Shown here piece by piece: positions 36,982-47,142 of a stretch of 64,000 nt of DNA. The notes beneath the pieces were generated by a model. The model did no database searches. It had not been told where the DNA came from and saw only the letters and a list, made by a program, of their open reading frames with translations. Numbering within the stretch: the first letter of the stretch is position 1; each line of letters opens with the position of its first letter. Source of the DNA: Pseudomonadota bacterium (GTDB lineage: Bacteria; Pseudomonadota; Alphaproteobacteria; SMXQ01); the NCBI GenBank assembly GCA_022566265.1, contig JADFJG010000002.1, positions 9,173-73,172 on the forward strand, given 5' to 3'. Both the position numbers and the translations under genes were made by a program.

Positions 36982-39299
36982 AACCTCGTGCCAACGCTGA
37001 ATCTGAAGCTTTCGGTTTCATCGAAATCCGCTTTGACGATGGCGTTCGCGAAATCCAACCGGAGGGGACCGAACGGTGTCGTGATGCCGAGACCGACGCC
37101 CACGGACACCCTGAGCCCCCCGCTGTCGGCGATACCGATACCGCTGTCATCGAGGTTACCGAGACCTCCCGCCAGGGAGAACAGGTATCCTCTGAATTCA
37201 AAATCCTTGCCGCCAAGGGGAAAACTCAACTCCGAGGTCAGGGTATATAACAGGTTGCCGCCAAGCGCGTCTTTTGTACTCACATCCCGGGGCCCGACGC
37301 CGAATCTCTTGAATCCCGGGAAACTGTCGCCGCCGAGGAAAAATCGGTCATTGATACGAACGTCCTCGCCAATGCCGAAAATGTAACCCACTTTTCCGCG
37401 AAGGCTGGCGACCCATTTTTCGCCAACCGGATAGTATTGCGCCCCGGCAATCACGGTCTTTATGAACCTGGCGTCACCGCCAAGGCCGGCGAATTCGTTC
37501 GTCAACCTCACCACATGGCCCTCTCTCGGCAGCACTCTGCTGTCGCGCCGGTCATAGGTCAAAGACTGGCCGATCGAGGAGGTGACGGTGGTGCCCTTCT
37601 GCTGTTTAACGAATACCGAGGCGTCGTCATCGATATCGGTGATCTTCGTAGAACGCAGGTTGTAACTCAAACCCTGCCGCAGATTCTCGTCGTATTCGAA
37701 GCCCGAATTCAGTCTCAGCCCGGTATTCTGCTCCTCGAAGTTGATACTGTCGCGCTTTCGCCTGAATGTCTGGAAGATATCGAAACCGGCGGAAAGGTTG
37801 CGGTCGAGGAAATACGGCTCGGTAAAGCCGAGCAGAAACTCCTGGACTTCCGTGCCGATTCTAAAGCTCAAGCGGCCCTGTTGGCCCTTACCCAGGAGAT
37901 TCCGCTCGGTGAGCGAAAGCTGGCTGATGAGACCCTCGGTGCTGGAAAACCCGCCACCGATCGAAAACGTGCCGGTCGATTGTTCCTCCACCTTGACATC
38001 GATGACCACCCTGTCGTCGGCCGATCCCTCGGTCTTCTTGACCTCCACCTTCTTGAAGAATCTGAGGTTGCGCAGCCGCTGACGCGAGCGGCGGAATCTG
38101 GCGGTGTTGAAGGCATCGCCCTCGACCAGGCGGAACTCGCGTCTGAGCACCCGGTCAAAGGTTCTGAAATTGCCTTTTACATCTATGCGTTCGACGAAGA
38201 CACGCGGCGCCTCGCCGATCTCGAAGGTGATTCCGACGGTGCGCTTTTCGCGATCGCGTTTAACCCGGGTTTTGATGTCGACAAAAGCGAAACCGAAATT
38301 TCCGACCGCATCGGTCAAACTGCTCACCGTCGCCTCGACCAACTTGGCGTTGTACCGCTCACCCTGTTTGATCTTCATCGCCGGCGTAAGCTTGGAGACG
38401 TCGAGTTCCTCCAGCCGGGACGAAATTTCTATCGAACCAAAACGGTACCGCTGCCCTTCCTCGAGGGTGAAAGTGACAAAGAAGTCCCTGCGGTTTCGAC
38501 TCAACTCCGCCACCGCCGAGACCACCCGGAAGTCGGCGAAACCCTTATTCTGGTAAAACCGCAACAGCAGTTCGCGGTCGAAGGTCAAGAGGTCGGGATC
38601 GTAAATGCCGGCGCCGGTCAAGAAACTCAGCGTCAGATAATTCATCAAGCTGCTCTCCTGCGACTGGATGACCGACCGCAATCGGCTGTCGGTGAATCGC
38701 TTGTTGCCGATGAAGCTGATTTTGCGAATCTTGGTCGGCGGGCCCTCGTCGATTTCGAAGACAAGGTCCAGGCGATTCTGCGACAGGCGAATTATCTTGG
38801 GTTCGACCTTGGCGGCGAAACGTCCGTCGGCGCGGTAAAGCTCCACGATCCGCTTCACGTCGTTCTGCACCCGCGTACGGGAATAGACCTGGCGCGGCGC
38901 CAACTGGACCTCGCTATTGAGGGTTTCGTCGTCTATCTGATCGTTCCCCTCGAAGACCAAACGGTTGATGATCGGGTTTTCCACCACCCGAACGATAAGG
39001 ACGGCACCCTCCTGGCGAATCGAAACATCGGCGAACAGGCCGGTGCCGAACAGGGATTTCAGCGAACGGTCGATCCGTTCCGGATCGAACGGGTCTCCGG
39101 CCCTGATGCTCATATAGGAGCGCACGGTTTCGGGCTCTATCCGTTGAATGCCCTCGACACGGATTTCGCGCACCGTAGGGGCGCCACCGGGCCCGGTCTG
39201 TGCCGCCGCCGGGACGGACAGGCCGGCGATCGCCAGCCAAAACGCGGCAACGCCGATCCAACGCGGCAAATTTCCTCTCCGCTGCTGATCGCCGGTCAC
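36978..39299 (-). CDS. bamA: outer membrane protein assembly factor BamA
   Basis: 773 aa. POTRA repeats plus a C-terminal Omp85 beta-barrel ending in an aromatic residue (...FSVGTRF). Confidence 0.95.
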   Translation of the reverse strand: MTGDQQRRGNLPRWIGVAAFWLAIAGLSVPAAAQTGPGGAPTVREIRVEGIQRIEPETVRSYMSIRAGDPFDPERIDRSLKSLFGTGLFADVSIRQEGAVLIVRVVENPIINRLVFEGNDQIDDETLNSEVQLAPRQVYSRTRVQNDVKRIVELYRADGRFAAKVEPKIIRLSQNRLDLVFEIDEGPPTKIRKISFIGNKRFTDSRLRSVIQSQESSLMNYLTLSFLTGAGIYDPDLLTFDRELLLRFYQNKGFADFRVVSAVAELSRNRRDFFVTFTLEEGQRYRFGSIEISSRLEELDVSKLTPAMKIKQGERYNAKLVEATVSSLTDAVGNFGFAFVDIKTRVKRDREKRTVGITFEIGEAPRVFVERIDVKGNFRTFDRVLRREFRLVEGDAFNTARFRRSRQRLRNLRFFKKVEVKKTEGSADDRVVIDVKVEEQSTGTFSIGGGFSSTEGLISQLSLTERNLLGKGQQGRLSFRIGTEVQEFLLGFTEPYFLDRNLSAGFDIFQTFRRKRDSINFEEQNTGLRLNSGFEYDENLRQGLSYNLRSTKITDIDDDASVFVKQQKGTTVTSSIGQSLTYDRRDSRVLPREGHVVRLTNEFAGLGGDARFIKTVIAGAQYYPVGEKWVASLRGKVGYIFGIGEDVRINDRFFLGGDSFPGFKRFGVGPRDVSTKDALGGNLLYTLTSELSFPLGGKDFEFRGYLFSLAGGLGNLDDSGIGIADSGGLRVSVGVGLGITTPFGPLRLDFANAIVKADFDETESFRFSVGTRF

Positions 39300-40444
39300 G
39301 AGAATATCCCCTCGAAGAACTCCACGACGCCCTGGAATCTCTTGATATCCTGGTAGGTAACGAAGACGAATAGCGTCAGCACCAGCCCCAGGCCGACGCG
39401 GAAACCGTACTCCATGAACCGTTCGCTCGGCGGCTTTCCCCGCACCGCTTCGATGGCATAAAACATCAAGTGCCCGCCGTCGAGTACGGGTATCGGGAAC
39501 AGATTGATAATGCCGAGATTGACCGAAAGCATCGCTATGAACCAGAAGACGTTGTACAAGCCGAATTCCGCCATCTGACCCGACATCTGGAAGATGCCGA
39601 TGGGCCCACCCAGCTCTTTCGACGAACGGGTTCCCGAGATGATCTCGCCGAGCACCTTCAACAACAGCGTCGCGTAGCGATAGGTTTCCTGCCCCGCCCT
39701 CAGGGCGGCGGTGGCCGGACTATGGCGGACTAAGGCGGAACCCGCGGGCGAGACGCCGATCAAGCCGACTTCGTGGCGGTTGCCCAGGATATCGGTGATT
39801 TCCTTCAGCTTCGGTGTCACCAGCAGGGTCAACCGACGGCCGTCCCGGCGCAACCCGAGGCGCAAGGGGACCCCGGGAGAGATGCTGATGATCCGCTGAA
39901 GATCACTGAATCGCTCGATCTCTTTATCGTCGATGCTGACGATCACGTCACCGGGCTTGAGTCCCGCTTCCTCGGCCGCGCTGCCGGATTGGACGGTGCC
40001 GACATTCGGCGGCGTGACGCGTTGACCGACGGTCCCGAACAGCACCGCCCAAACGACGATGGCGAGGACGAAATTGGCCAGGGGACCGGCGCTTACGATG
40101 GCCGCCCGGCGGGCAAGACTTTTTTCCTGGAAGGAGACCGCCCGCTCCTCGGCGGTTAACTCGCGGGCGTCCTCGCCCTCGGCGCCGGGCATGGCGGTCT
40201 CGCCGAACATCTTGACGTAACCGCCAAGCGGCAACAGGCTGACTTTCCAATGGGTGCCGGCGCGGTCCGTCCAGCCGAAGAGCTCCGGTCCGAAACCGAT
40301 GGAAAAGACCTCGACGCGCACGCCGCAGCGCCGGGCGACGAAGTAGTGGCCAAACTCATGGACGAAGACAATGACCGTGAGGATGAACACGAAGGCCGCC
40401 CCGTTGGTCCATAAATTCACCCAAATGAAATTCAATGTATCCAT
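39296..40444 (-). CDS. rseP: RIP zinc metalloprotease RseP (site-2 protease)
   Basis: 382 aa. HEFGHYFVARRCG (HExxH), a PDZ domain, and LDGGH at the C-terminus. Confidence 0.9.
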   Translation of the reverse strand: MDTLNFIWVNLWTNGAAFVFILTVIVFVHEFGHYFVARRCGVRVEVFSIGFGPELFGWTDRAGTHWKVSLLPLGGYVKMFGETAMPGAEGEDARELTAEERAVSFQEKSLARRAAIVSAGPLANFVLAIVVWAVLFGTVGQRVTPPNVGTVQSGSAAEEAGLKPGDVIVSIDDKEIERFSDLQRIISISPGVPLRLGLRRDGRRLTLLVTPKLKEITDILGNRHEVGLIGVSPAGSALVRHSPATAALRAGQETYRYATLLLKVLGEIISGTRSSKELGGPIGIFQMSGQMAEFGLYNVFWFIAMLSVNLGIINLFPIPVLDGGHLMFYAIEAVRGKPPSERFMEYGFRVGLGLVLTLFVFVTYQDIKRFQGVVEFFEGIFS

Positions 40445-40469
40445 CTCAGTCGGCCGCCCTCATCGCCCG

Positions 40470-41681
40470 CTAACCCGCGCGGTACCCGTTCACGAACTGT
40501 TCCGCCGCGCGCCGCGCCTCGGCGTCGAGCCCGTAAACGTCGTCGAGGGTCTCGACCACGGTGTCGGGCATGGTCTCGAGGGTCTCCTCGACGACCCGCG
40601 AGATATCGAGGAAGCCGATACGCCCGGCGAGAAATCCCTCGACCGCGATTTCGTTGGCCGCGCTCAGGACCGTCGGCGCGCCGCCGCCTTTCCGCAACGC
40701 CTGCCTTGCCAGCAGCAATGTCGGGAACTGTTCGGGATCGGGTTCCTCGAAGGTCAGCGTCCCGATGCGCGCGAGATCGAGCCGTTCCGCCGGCGACGCT
40801 ATGCGTTTCGGCCAGGCCAGCGCATAGGCGATCGGCGTGCGCATGTCCGGCATCCCCATCTGGGCCAGGACCGAGCCATCCTTGTAGGCCACCATGGAGT
40901 GAATGATCGACTGGGGATGGATGAGAATATCGATTTGGGGCTCGGAAACGGGAAACAGGTGAAAGGCCTCGATAAGCTCGAGGCCCTTGTTCATCATCGT
41001 CGCCGAATCGACCGAAATCTTCGCTCCCATGTCCCAGTTGGGGTGGTTGACGGCCTCCTTGGGACTCACATTCTCCAAATCCGCCCGATCGCGGTTCAGG
41101 AAAGGTCCGCCGGAAGCGGTGAGGATGATACGTTCCACGGCATCGCCATTGGCGAAATCGAACACCTGGAATATGGCGCTATGCTCCGAGTCGACGGGCA
41201 GCAGGGTGGCGCCGTTCTTCGTCACCTCCGCCATCATCAATTCGCCGGCGCAAACCAGACATTCCTTGTTCGCCAGGGCCACGGTGGCGCCCCGTCGCAC
41301 CGCCGTCAACGTCGGCTCCAGCCCGGCGGCGCCGACGATCGCGGCCATGACCCAATCGGCGGGCATGGCCGCGGCCTCGACCAGCGCACCCGCGCCGGCG
41401 CCGACCTCGATACCGGTGCCGCCGAGCGCCTCCTTGAGGTCGGCGTAACGGCTCTCATCGGCGATCACGGCCATGCGCGGACGCAGCTTGCGGGACTGCT
41501 CGGCCAGTGTCTCGACATTGCGGTGAGCGGTCAGGGCCTCGATCGCGTAGCGGCCGGGATAGCGTTGGATGAGATCGATGGTATTGCATCCCACCGACCC
41601 GGTGGAGCCGAGAATGGTGACACTCCGTGCCTCCCCGTCCAGGCCGCCCGCCGTATCCTCATTGCTCAATGTCACCGCCAT
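40470..41681 (-). CDS. dxr: 1-deoxy-D-xylulose 5-phosphate reductoisomerase
   Basis: 403 aa. ILGSTGSVG NADPH-binding motif and the Dxr core. Confidence 0.95.
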   Translation of the reverse strand: MAVTLSNEDTAGGLDGEARSVTILGSTGSVGCNTIDLIQRYPGRYAIEALTAHRNVETLAEQSRKLRPRMAVIADESRYADLKEALGGTGIEVGAGAGALVEAAAMPADWVMAAIVGAAGLEPTLTAVRRGATVALANKECLVCAGELMMAEVTKNGATLLPVDSEHSAIFQVFDFANGDAVERIILTASGGPFLNRDRADLENVSPKEAVNHPNWDMGAKISVDSATMMNKGLELIEAFHLFPVSEPQIDILIHPQSIIHSMVAYKDGSVLAQMGMPDMRTPIAYALAWPKRIASPAERLDLARIGTLTFEEPDPEQFPTLLLARQALRKGGGAPTVLSAANEIAVEGFLAGRIGFLDISRVVEETLETMPDTVVETLDDVYGLDAEARRAAEQFVNGYRAG

Positions 41682-42490
41682 TGCAACAGATTCCCGCCTC
41701 CAAACTGGTACAAAATAGCGACAACGGGCGTCACCGCCAAAAGCCCGTCGAGCCGGTCAAACATACCGCCATGGCCGGGGATGAGGCCACCTGAATCTTT
41801 CACCCCGAAATGACGCTTGATCCTTGATTCCGCCAGATCCCCCGCCTGGGAGACCAGCGCCAAGGCGCCACTAAGCACGAAAAGCGACACCGGTGCCAGC
41901 AATTCCGTGGCGTAACCCGCCGCCAACCCCCACAAGCAAGCGCAGACGAGACCGCCTATCAGCCCGGCAATTGTCTTGTTGGGGCTGATACCGGGCGCCA
42001 GCTTGGGCCCGCCGATGGCCTTGCCGAAAAGAAAGGCCCCGGTGTCGGTGGCCCACACCAGGCCGAGAAGCCAGAACAGGGTCTCGCGCCCCAAGGCCGG
42101 CTCCGTACGCAGCCACATCAGGGCGAGCATCGGCAGGCCGATATACAGGGTGCCGGCCGAGAGCCAAATCGGCGACGGAAAGCGCCCAAGCCGGGCGACG
42201 ACGTAGACCGCCAGCGCGCCAGCCAGGGTCCCGAGCAAGGCGGCGCCGTAATATCGAAAAGCGGCGGCGGCGATGACGGCGAGGATCGCCGCGATCAGCA
42301 CGCCGGCCCACGCCGTCCCCGGCCCCCGCCCGCAGAGCCGGGCCCATTCGTGGGCCAGAAGGAGCGATACCAGGCCAATGAGGAATTCGAACGCCGGGGT
42401 GCCGTAATGAACCGCGGCGAGTACCGGCGGGATCAGGACCAGGGCCGAAACGACACGCTTTAGAAATGCGCCGGATCGGCCGTCAGCCAC
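41672..42490 (-). CDS. cdsA: phosphatidate cytidylyltransferase
   Basis: Multi-TM protein with the CTP-transferase signature (SxxKRxxGxKDxGxxxPGHGGxxDRxD). Start assigned to a GTG overlapping the uppS stop, giving a typical ~272 aa. The track ORF's 50-aa N-terminal extension is spurious. Confidence 0.8.
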   Translation of the reverse strand: MADGRSGAFLKRVVSALVLIPPVLAAVHYGTPAFEFLIGLVSLLLAHEWARLCGRGPGTAWAGVLIAAILAVIAAAAFRYYGAALLGTLAGALAVYVVARLGRFPSPIWLSAGTLYIGLPMLALMWLRTEPALGRETLFWLLGLVWATDTGAFLFGKAIGGPKLAPGISPNKTIAGLIGGLVCACLWGLAAGYATELLAPVSLFVLSGALALVSQAGDLAESRIKRHFGVKDSGGLIPGHGGMFDRLDGLLAVTPVVAILYQFGGGNLLQWR

Positions 42491-43217
42491 TGGACGCGCC
42501 GTAGCGTCTTTCACGCCGGCGAAACTCGTTAATCGCGCCCTCGAGATCGCTTTTGGTGAAATCCGGCCACAAGGTGTCGATGAACACCAATTCGGCGTAG
42601 GCCAACTGCCACAGCAGGAAATTGCTGAGCCGCTTCTCACCGCTGGTCCTTATGAACAGGTCGGGGTCGGGAATGCCCGAGGTCGCCAGATGGCCGGCAA
42701 ACACCGCCTCATCGATCTCCGTGGCCCTGAGCCGGCCGGCGGCGACATCCGCCGCCAGGCTTCGCGCCGCCGCCGTGATTTCCTGGCGTCCGCCGTAATT
42801 CAAGGCGACCGTAAGGTTGAGCGCCGTATTGTCCTTGGTGTGATCTTCGGCATAAGCGATGAGGGAAACGATATCGGGCGCCAGCCGCTCGAGGTTGCCG
42901 ATAATGCGGAGCCTGACGCCGTTCTTGTGCAGCTCGGCGATCTCGCTCCTGAGGTAGCGGCGCAGCAGATTCATCAAATCACTGATTTCGGAAGCCGGCC
43001 GCTTCCAGTTCTCCGACGATAGACCGAACAGCGTGAGATAGGGTATGTGCAGCTCGAAGGCGGCCTCGACCGCCCGGCGCACCGCCTCGGCGCCGCGCTT
43101 GTGGCCGGCCGTGCGGGGCAAGCCCCGGGCCGCGGCCCAGCGGCCGTTGCCGTCCATGATGATGGCGACGTGAGTGGGGGGCGGGGACTCTTCGGTGGGA
43201 AACGGAACTGCCTTCAT
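42483..43217 (-). CDS. uppS: isoprenyl transferase (undecaprenyl-diphosphate synthase)
   Basis: HVAIIMDGNGRWA motif. Start at MKAVPF, which avoids overlap with frr. Confidence 0.9.
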   Translation of the reverse strand: MKAVPFPTEESPPPTHVAIIMDGNGRWAAARGLPRTAGHKRGAEAVRRAVEAAFELHIPYLTLFGLSSENWKRPASEISDLMNLLRRYLRSEIAELHKNGVRLRIIGNLERLAPDIVSLIAYAEDHTKDNTALNLTVALNYGGRQEITAAARSLAADVAAGRLRATEIDEAVFAGHLATSGIPDPDLFIRTSGEKRLSNFLLWQLAYAELVFIDTLWPDFTKSDLEGAINEFRRRERRYGASSG

Positions 43218-43221
43218 CTGA

Positions 43222-43785
43222 TCAAAACTGCAATATTTCTTTTTCCTTGGACGCGAAGGCGGCATCGATCCCCTTGATGAGCTCGTCGGTCATTTCCTGG
43301 ATTTCCTCGCCCCAGGCGCGGTGCTCGTCCTCCGATATTTCCCCGCTCTTTTCCGACTTTTTCAAGTGGTCCATGCCGTCGCGGCGCACGTTGCGCACCG
43401 AGACCCTCGCCTGTTCGCTGTATTTGCCGGCGATCTTGACCAGCTCCAGGCGACGTTCCTCGCTCAACTCGGGGATCGGCACGCGCACGATCTGGCCGTC
43501 GCTCGAGGGGTTGAGCCCGAGGCCCGAGCCCCTGACCGCCTTCTCCACCGCCGAGACCAGCGATCTGTCCCAGACATTCACGGTCAAAAGCCGGGGTTCG
43601 GGGACGTTGACGGTCGCCACCTGGGTGATCGGCATCTCGCCGTCATAGGCCGGGACGACGACCCGGTCGAGCAGGCTTGCCGACGCCCGCCCGGTCCTCA
43701 GGCCGGCGAACTCGGACCGTAACACACTGAGCGCTCCGTCCATGCGGCGCTTCAAGTCACTGATATCCGGATCGGCCATTGTCAA
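43222..43785 (-). CDS. frr: ribosome recycling factor
   Basis: 187 aa. Typical RRF sequence ([25 protein letters not shown]...). Confidence 0.95.
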   Translation of the reverse strand: MTMADPDISDLKRRMDGALSVLRSEFAGLRTGRASASLLDRVVVPAYDGEMPITQVATVNVPEPRLLTVNVWDRSLVSAVEKAVRGSGLGLNPSSDGQIVRVPIPELSEERRLELVKIAGKYSEQARVSVRNVRRDGMDHLKKSEKSGEISEDEHRAWGEEIQEMTDELIKGIDAAFASKEKEILQF

Positions 43786-44507
43786 CCCTCTTCACTTATG
43801 ACAGTGAATTTCCCTTTGCCGGAGACGACATCGACAAAGGCTCCTGGATTGTGTACCGAAAATACCAAAATCGGAATGTTATTTTCACGCGCAAGGGAGA
43901 TCGCGGCGGCGTCCATGATCCGGAGATCCTTGGACAAGACATCGAGATAGGTCAGCTTTTCGAACCTTTCGGCGCCCTCGACCTTCAACGGATCGTCGCT
44001 GTAGACGCCGTCCACCTGGGTGCCCTTCAGTAACGCGTCGCACCCCATTTCCGCCGCCCGCAGCGCCGCCGCCGTGTCGGTGGTGAAAAAAGGGTTGCCG
44101 GTGCCGGCGGCGAAAATCACCACCCGGCCCTTCTCCAAATGGCGCACGGCGCGCCGGCGGATATAGGGTTCGCAGACCGACGCCATGGGTATGGCCGAAA
44201 GCACCCGGGTCGGCACGTCCAGCCGCTCCAGCGCGCTCTGCATGGCGATGGCGTTGATCACGGTCGCCAGCATGCCCATGTAATCGGCGCTGGCCCGCTC
44301 GATCTCGCCGGCGGCGCCCGAGACGCCGCGAAAAATGTTGCCGCCGCCGATGACGATGCAGAGCTCCACCCCCATGCCATGCACGGCCGACATATCGCCG
44401 GCGATGCGGTTCACGGTTTCGGGGTCGAGGCCGTAATCACGGGGCCCCATGAGGGCCTCGCCGGAAATCTTGAGTAAAACGCGCCGGCATTTGACGTCAA
44501 ATGGCAT
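43782..44507 (-). CDS. pyrH: UMP kinase
   Basis: 241 aa. [11 protein letters not shown] and [10 protein letters not shown] motifs. Confidence 0.95.
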   Translation of the reverse strand: MPFDVKCRRVLLKISGEALMGPRDYGLDPETVNRIAGDMSAVHGMGVELCIVIGGGNIFRGVSGAAGEIERASADYMGMLATVINAIAMQSALERLDVPTRVLSAIPMASVCEPYIRRRAVRHLEKGRVVIFAAGTGNPFFTTDTAAALRAAEMGCDALLKGTQVDGVYSDDPLKVEGAERFEKLTYLDVLSKDLRIMDAAAISLARENNIPILVFSVHNPGAFVDVVSGKGKFTVISEEG

Positions 44508-44582
44508 GCCTACACCAACACCTCTCGATCGTCTCGGGCGGCCCTGCCCCGTGGCGGGACCCCAAGCAAGGACGCCCGTCGC

Positions 44583-45467
44583 TCAATCGCGCTTGACACC
44601 GTCGCCGAGGGCAAAACGGACGAAGCCCGAGAGCCTGATCTCCTCGCCGAGTTCCTTGGCCACGTCCTCGATGACCTTCGCCACCTTGGATTCGCCGTCG
44701 ACGACGTAAACCTGCTCGAGCAGCGCGACCTCCTGGTAGAACTTGCGCAACCGGCCCTCGACCATCTTTTCGACGATGTCCTCGGGCTTGCCCGACGATC
44801 TGGCCTGATCGCTCAACACCGAGCGCTCGCGCGCCAGCAGATCGGGATCGAGGGTCTCGACCGATAGCGCCTGGGGGCTCGCCGCCGCCACATGCATGGC
44901 GAGCTGCTTGCCGAGCGCCGCCAGCTTGGTGGCATCGGCGGCGGACTCCAGCGCCACCAGCACGCCGATCTTGCCGAGACCGGGCGCCACGGCGTTGTGG
45001 GTATAGGTCGCCACCAAGCCGTTCTCGACCGACAACCCCTCGGCCCGGCGCAACTGGAGTTTCTCGCCGATGCTGGCGATCAGATCGGTCAGTTTCTCCT
45101 CCACCGTGCCGTCGAAGCCGGGATAGGCGGTGGCGGCGAGCGCGGCCAAATCCCCGCCCGCATCGAGCGCCAGCCCCCCAAGCGTGCTGACGAACTCCTG
45201 AAAGGTCTCGTTGCGGGCGACGAAGTCGGTCTCCGAGTTGACCTCGACGACGACGCCCCGGCCGCCGTTCGCCAGCGCGCCGACAAGCCCCTCGGCGGCG
45301 ACGCGCCCGGCCTTTTTCGATGCCGTGGCGATGCCTTCGCGGCGCAGCCAGTCGACCGCCGCCTCCAGATCGCCGCCGGTCTCCGTCAGCGCCTTCTTAC
45401 AGTCCATCATGCCGACGCCCATCCGTTCACGCAGTTCCTTCACCAGCGCCGCGGTGATCTCGGCCAT
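44583..45467 (-). CDS. tsf: translation elongation factor Ts
   Basis: Start at MAEITAALVKELRERMGVGMMDCKKAL. UBA-like N-terminal domain plus EF-Ts core. Confidence 0.9.
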   Translation of the reverse strand: MAEITAALVKELRERMGVGMMDCKKALTETGGDLEAAVDWLRREGIATASKKAGRVAAEGLVGALANGGRGVVVEVNSETDFVARNETFQEFVSTLGGLALDAGGDLAALAATAYPGFDGTVEEKLTDLIASIGEKLQLRRAEGLSVENGLVATYTHNAVAPGLGKIGVLVALESAADATKLAALGKQLAMHVAAASPQALSVETLDPDLLARERSVLSDQARSSGKPEDIVEKMVEGRLRKFYQEVALLEQVYVVDGESKVAKVIEDVAKELGEEIRLSGFVRFALGDGVKRD

Positions 45468-45562
45468 CATTTCATCCTTCGCATCAGAAAAATAATATAA
45501 CTCGTTAATATATTGCACCTATGTAACCGGACCACCCGATGGCGAGAGTGCCGGTGACGACA

Positions 45563-46924
45563 TCAGGGTGCGTCTTTCGCCGCCGATTTCCCGGATGACT
45601 TGGCCCCGCCCGGCTTTTTTTCCGGCTTCTTGGCGTCGTCCGATCCGCTCGCTTTGGCCACCGTCTTCTTCTTATCGCCCTTCTTGTCGTCGGCCGCCCC
45701 GGAGGTTTTGACCCCGGGCTTCGCCGCCGCGCCGGTCTTCTTACGCCTCGGTTTCGCCGCCGGCTTTTCCTTCGCCGGCGCCTCGGCCTCTTCCGCCGGC
45801 GCCGGTGGCGGCGCCTCGGCCTCTTCCGCCGGTGCCGGTGGCGGCGCCTCGGCCTCTTCCGCCGGTGCCGGTGGCGGCGCCTCGGCCTCTTCCGCCGGTG
45901 CCGGTGGCGGCGCCTTGGCCTCTTCCGCCGGCGCCGGTGGCGGCGCCTTGGCCGGTTCGCTCACCGGCGCGTCGGCGGCGGGGACAGGCGAGGTCGAGGT
46001 TTCGGGTGCGGCAGGTTCGGCTCCGGCGCCCTCGGGCGCTACTTCCGCCGCGCCGCCCGGCGGCGCCTGAATGGCCGGCGCCGGGTCGGCCGCCCCGGCG
46101 GTTGCGTCGGCGGGTTTAGGCGCCGGGGTCATCTCGGCCGTGGCGGCGGCTTTCGCCTCCCCTGGCGCCGCGTCGAGCTGCTCGGCGGGCGCTTCCTCGC
46201 CCTCGCCGACGTCGATGCCGGCCGCCAGCATCTCCTTCTGGATGCCATCGAGGACCGCGTCCGCCATCAGATCGCAATAGAGGTTGATCGACCTCACCGC
46301 GTCGTCGTTTCCGGGGATCGGGTGGGTGATCCCGGCCGGGTCCGAATTGGTGTCGATCACGGCGATCACCGGAATGCCCAACTTGTTGGCTTCCGAGACG
46401 GCGATATGTTCCTTGTTGGTGTCGATGACGAACAGGATGTCGGGCAGCCCGCCCATCTCCTTGATGCCGCCAAGGGCGCGCTCGAGCTTGTCGCGTTCGC
46501 GGGTAAGGCGCAGGAGCTCCTTCTTGGTCAGCCCGAGGTTTTCCTCGTCGTCGCCGAGCTGCTCCTCCAGCTCCTTCAGGCGGCGCATGGAGACCGAGAT
46601 CGTCTTCCAGTTGGTCATCATGCCGCCGAGCCAACGATGGTTGACGTAATGCTGGCCGCAGCGCTTGGCCGCCTCGGCGATCTTCTCGGTCGCCTGGCGC
46701 TTGGTGCCGACGAAAAGCACGCGCCCGCCACCGGCGACCGTGTCCCTGACCGCCGAGAGCGCCCGGTAAAGCAACGGCACGGTCTGCTGCAGATCGATGA
46801 CGTGGATCTTGCGGCGCTGGCCGAAAATGAAGGGCGCCATCTTCGGGTTCCAGCGCCCGGTGCGGTGTCCGAAATGGACCCCCGCTTCCAACAGCTGGCG
46901 CATGGTAAAGGAAGGCAATGCCAT
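45563..46924 (-). CDS. rpsB: 30S ribosomal protein S2 with a ~200-aa low-complexity C-terminal extension
   Basis: N-terminal 250 aa are canonical S2 ([20 protein letters not shown]...). The ORF then continues through an Ala/Pro/Glu-rich tract containing five perfect or near-perfect [11 protein letters not shown] repeats and a Lys-rich tail, giving 453 aa in total. Confidence 0.85.
   Translation of the reverse strand: MALPSFTMRQLLEAGVHFGHRTGRWNPKMAPFIFGQRRKIHVIDLQQTVPLLYRALSAVRDTVAGGGRVLFVGTKRQATEKIAEAAKRCGQHYVNHRWLGGMMTNWKTISVSMRRLKELEEQLGDDEENLGLTKKELLRLTRERDKLERALGGIKEMGGLPDILFVIDTNKEHIAVSEANKLGIPVIAVIDTNSDPAGITHPIPGNDDAVRSINLYCDLMADAVLDGIQKEMLAAGIDVGEGEEAPAEQLDAAPGEAKAAATAEMTPAPKPADATAGAADPAPAIQAPPGGAAEVAPEGAGAEPAAPETSTSPVPAADAPVSEPAKAPPPAPAEEAKAPPPAPAEEAEAPPPAPAEEAEAPPPAPAEEAEAPPPAPAEEAEAPAKEKPAAKPRRKKTGAAAKPGVKTSGAADDKKGDKKKTVAKASGSDDAKKPEKKPGGAKSSGKSAAKDAP
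45781..45935. repeat. 30-bp tandem repeat (about 5 copies) within the rpsB 3' extension
   Basis: The unit cctcggcctcttccgccggtgccggtggcggcg is repeated head-to-tail. It encodes [13 protein letters not shown] units on the minus strand. Confidence 0.85.
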
Positions 46925-47142
46925 AGGTCTTCTCCGGTTTCGCCGCCGCGGGATTTTGGTCCGAAATTCGGCTCATGCTTGCGCATAGGCCGGCGGACAC
47001 CGGATCGGTCCTTGGGGATGTCTCCCCCTCAAGGCCGCGTTCCCGCGTGAGGATTTAATTGGGCCTGCTAGATAGCGTCCGCGCCCGCCTTTGGCAAGGG
47101 AAATCGCCGCGCCCGCTAGGCCGGGCCCGCCAACGAAAGCGG

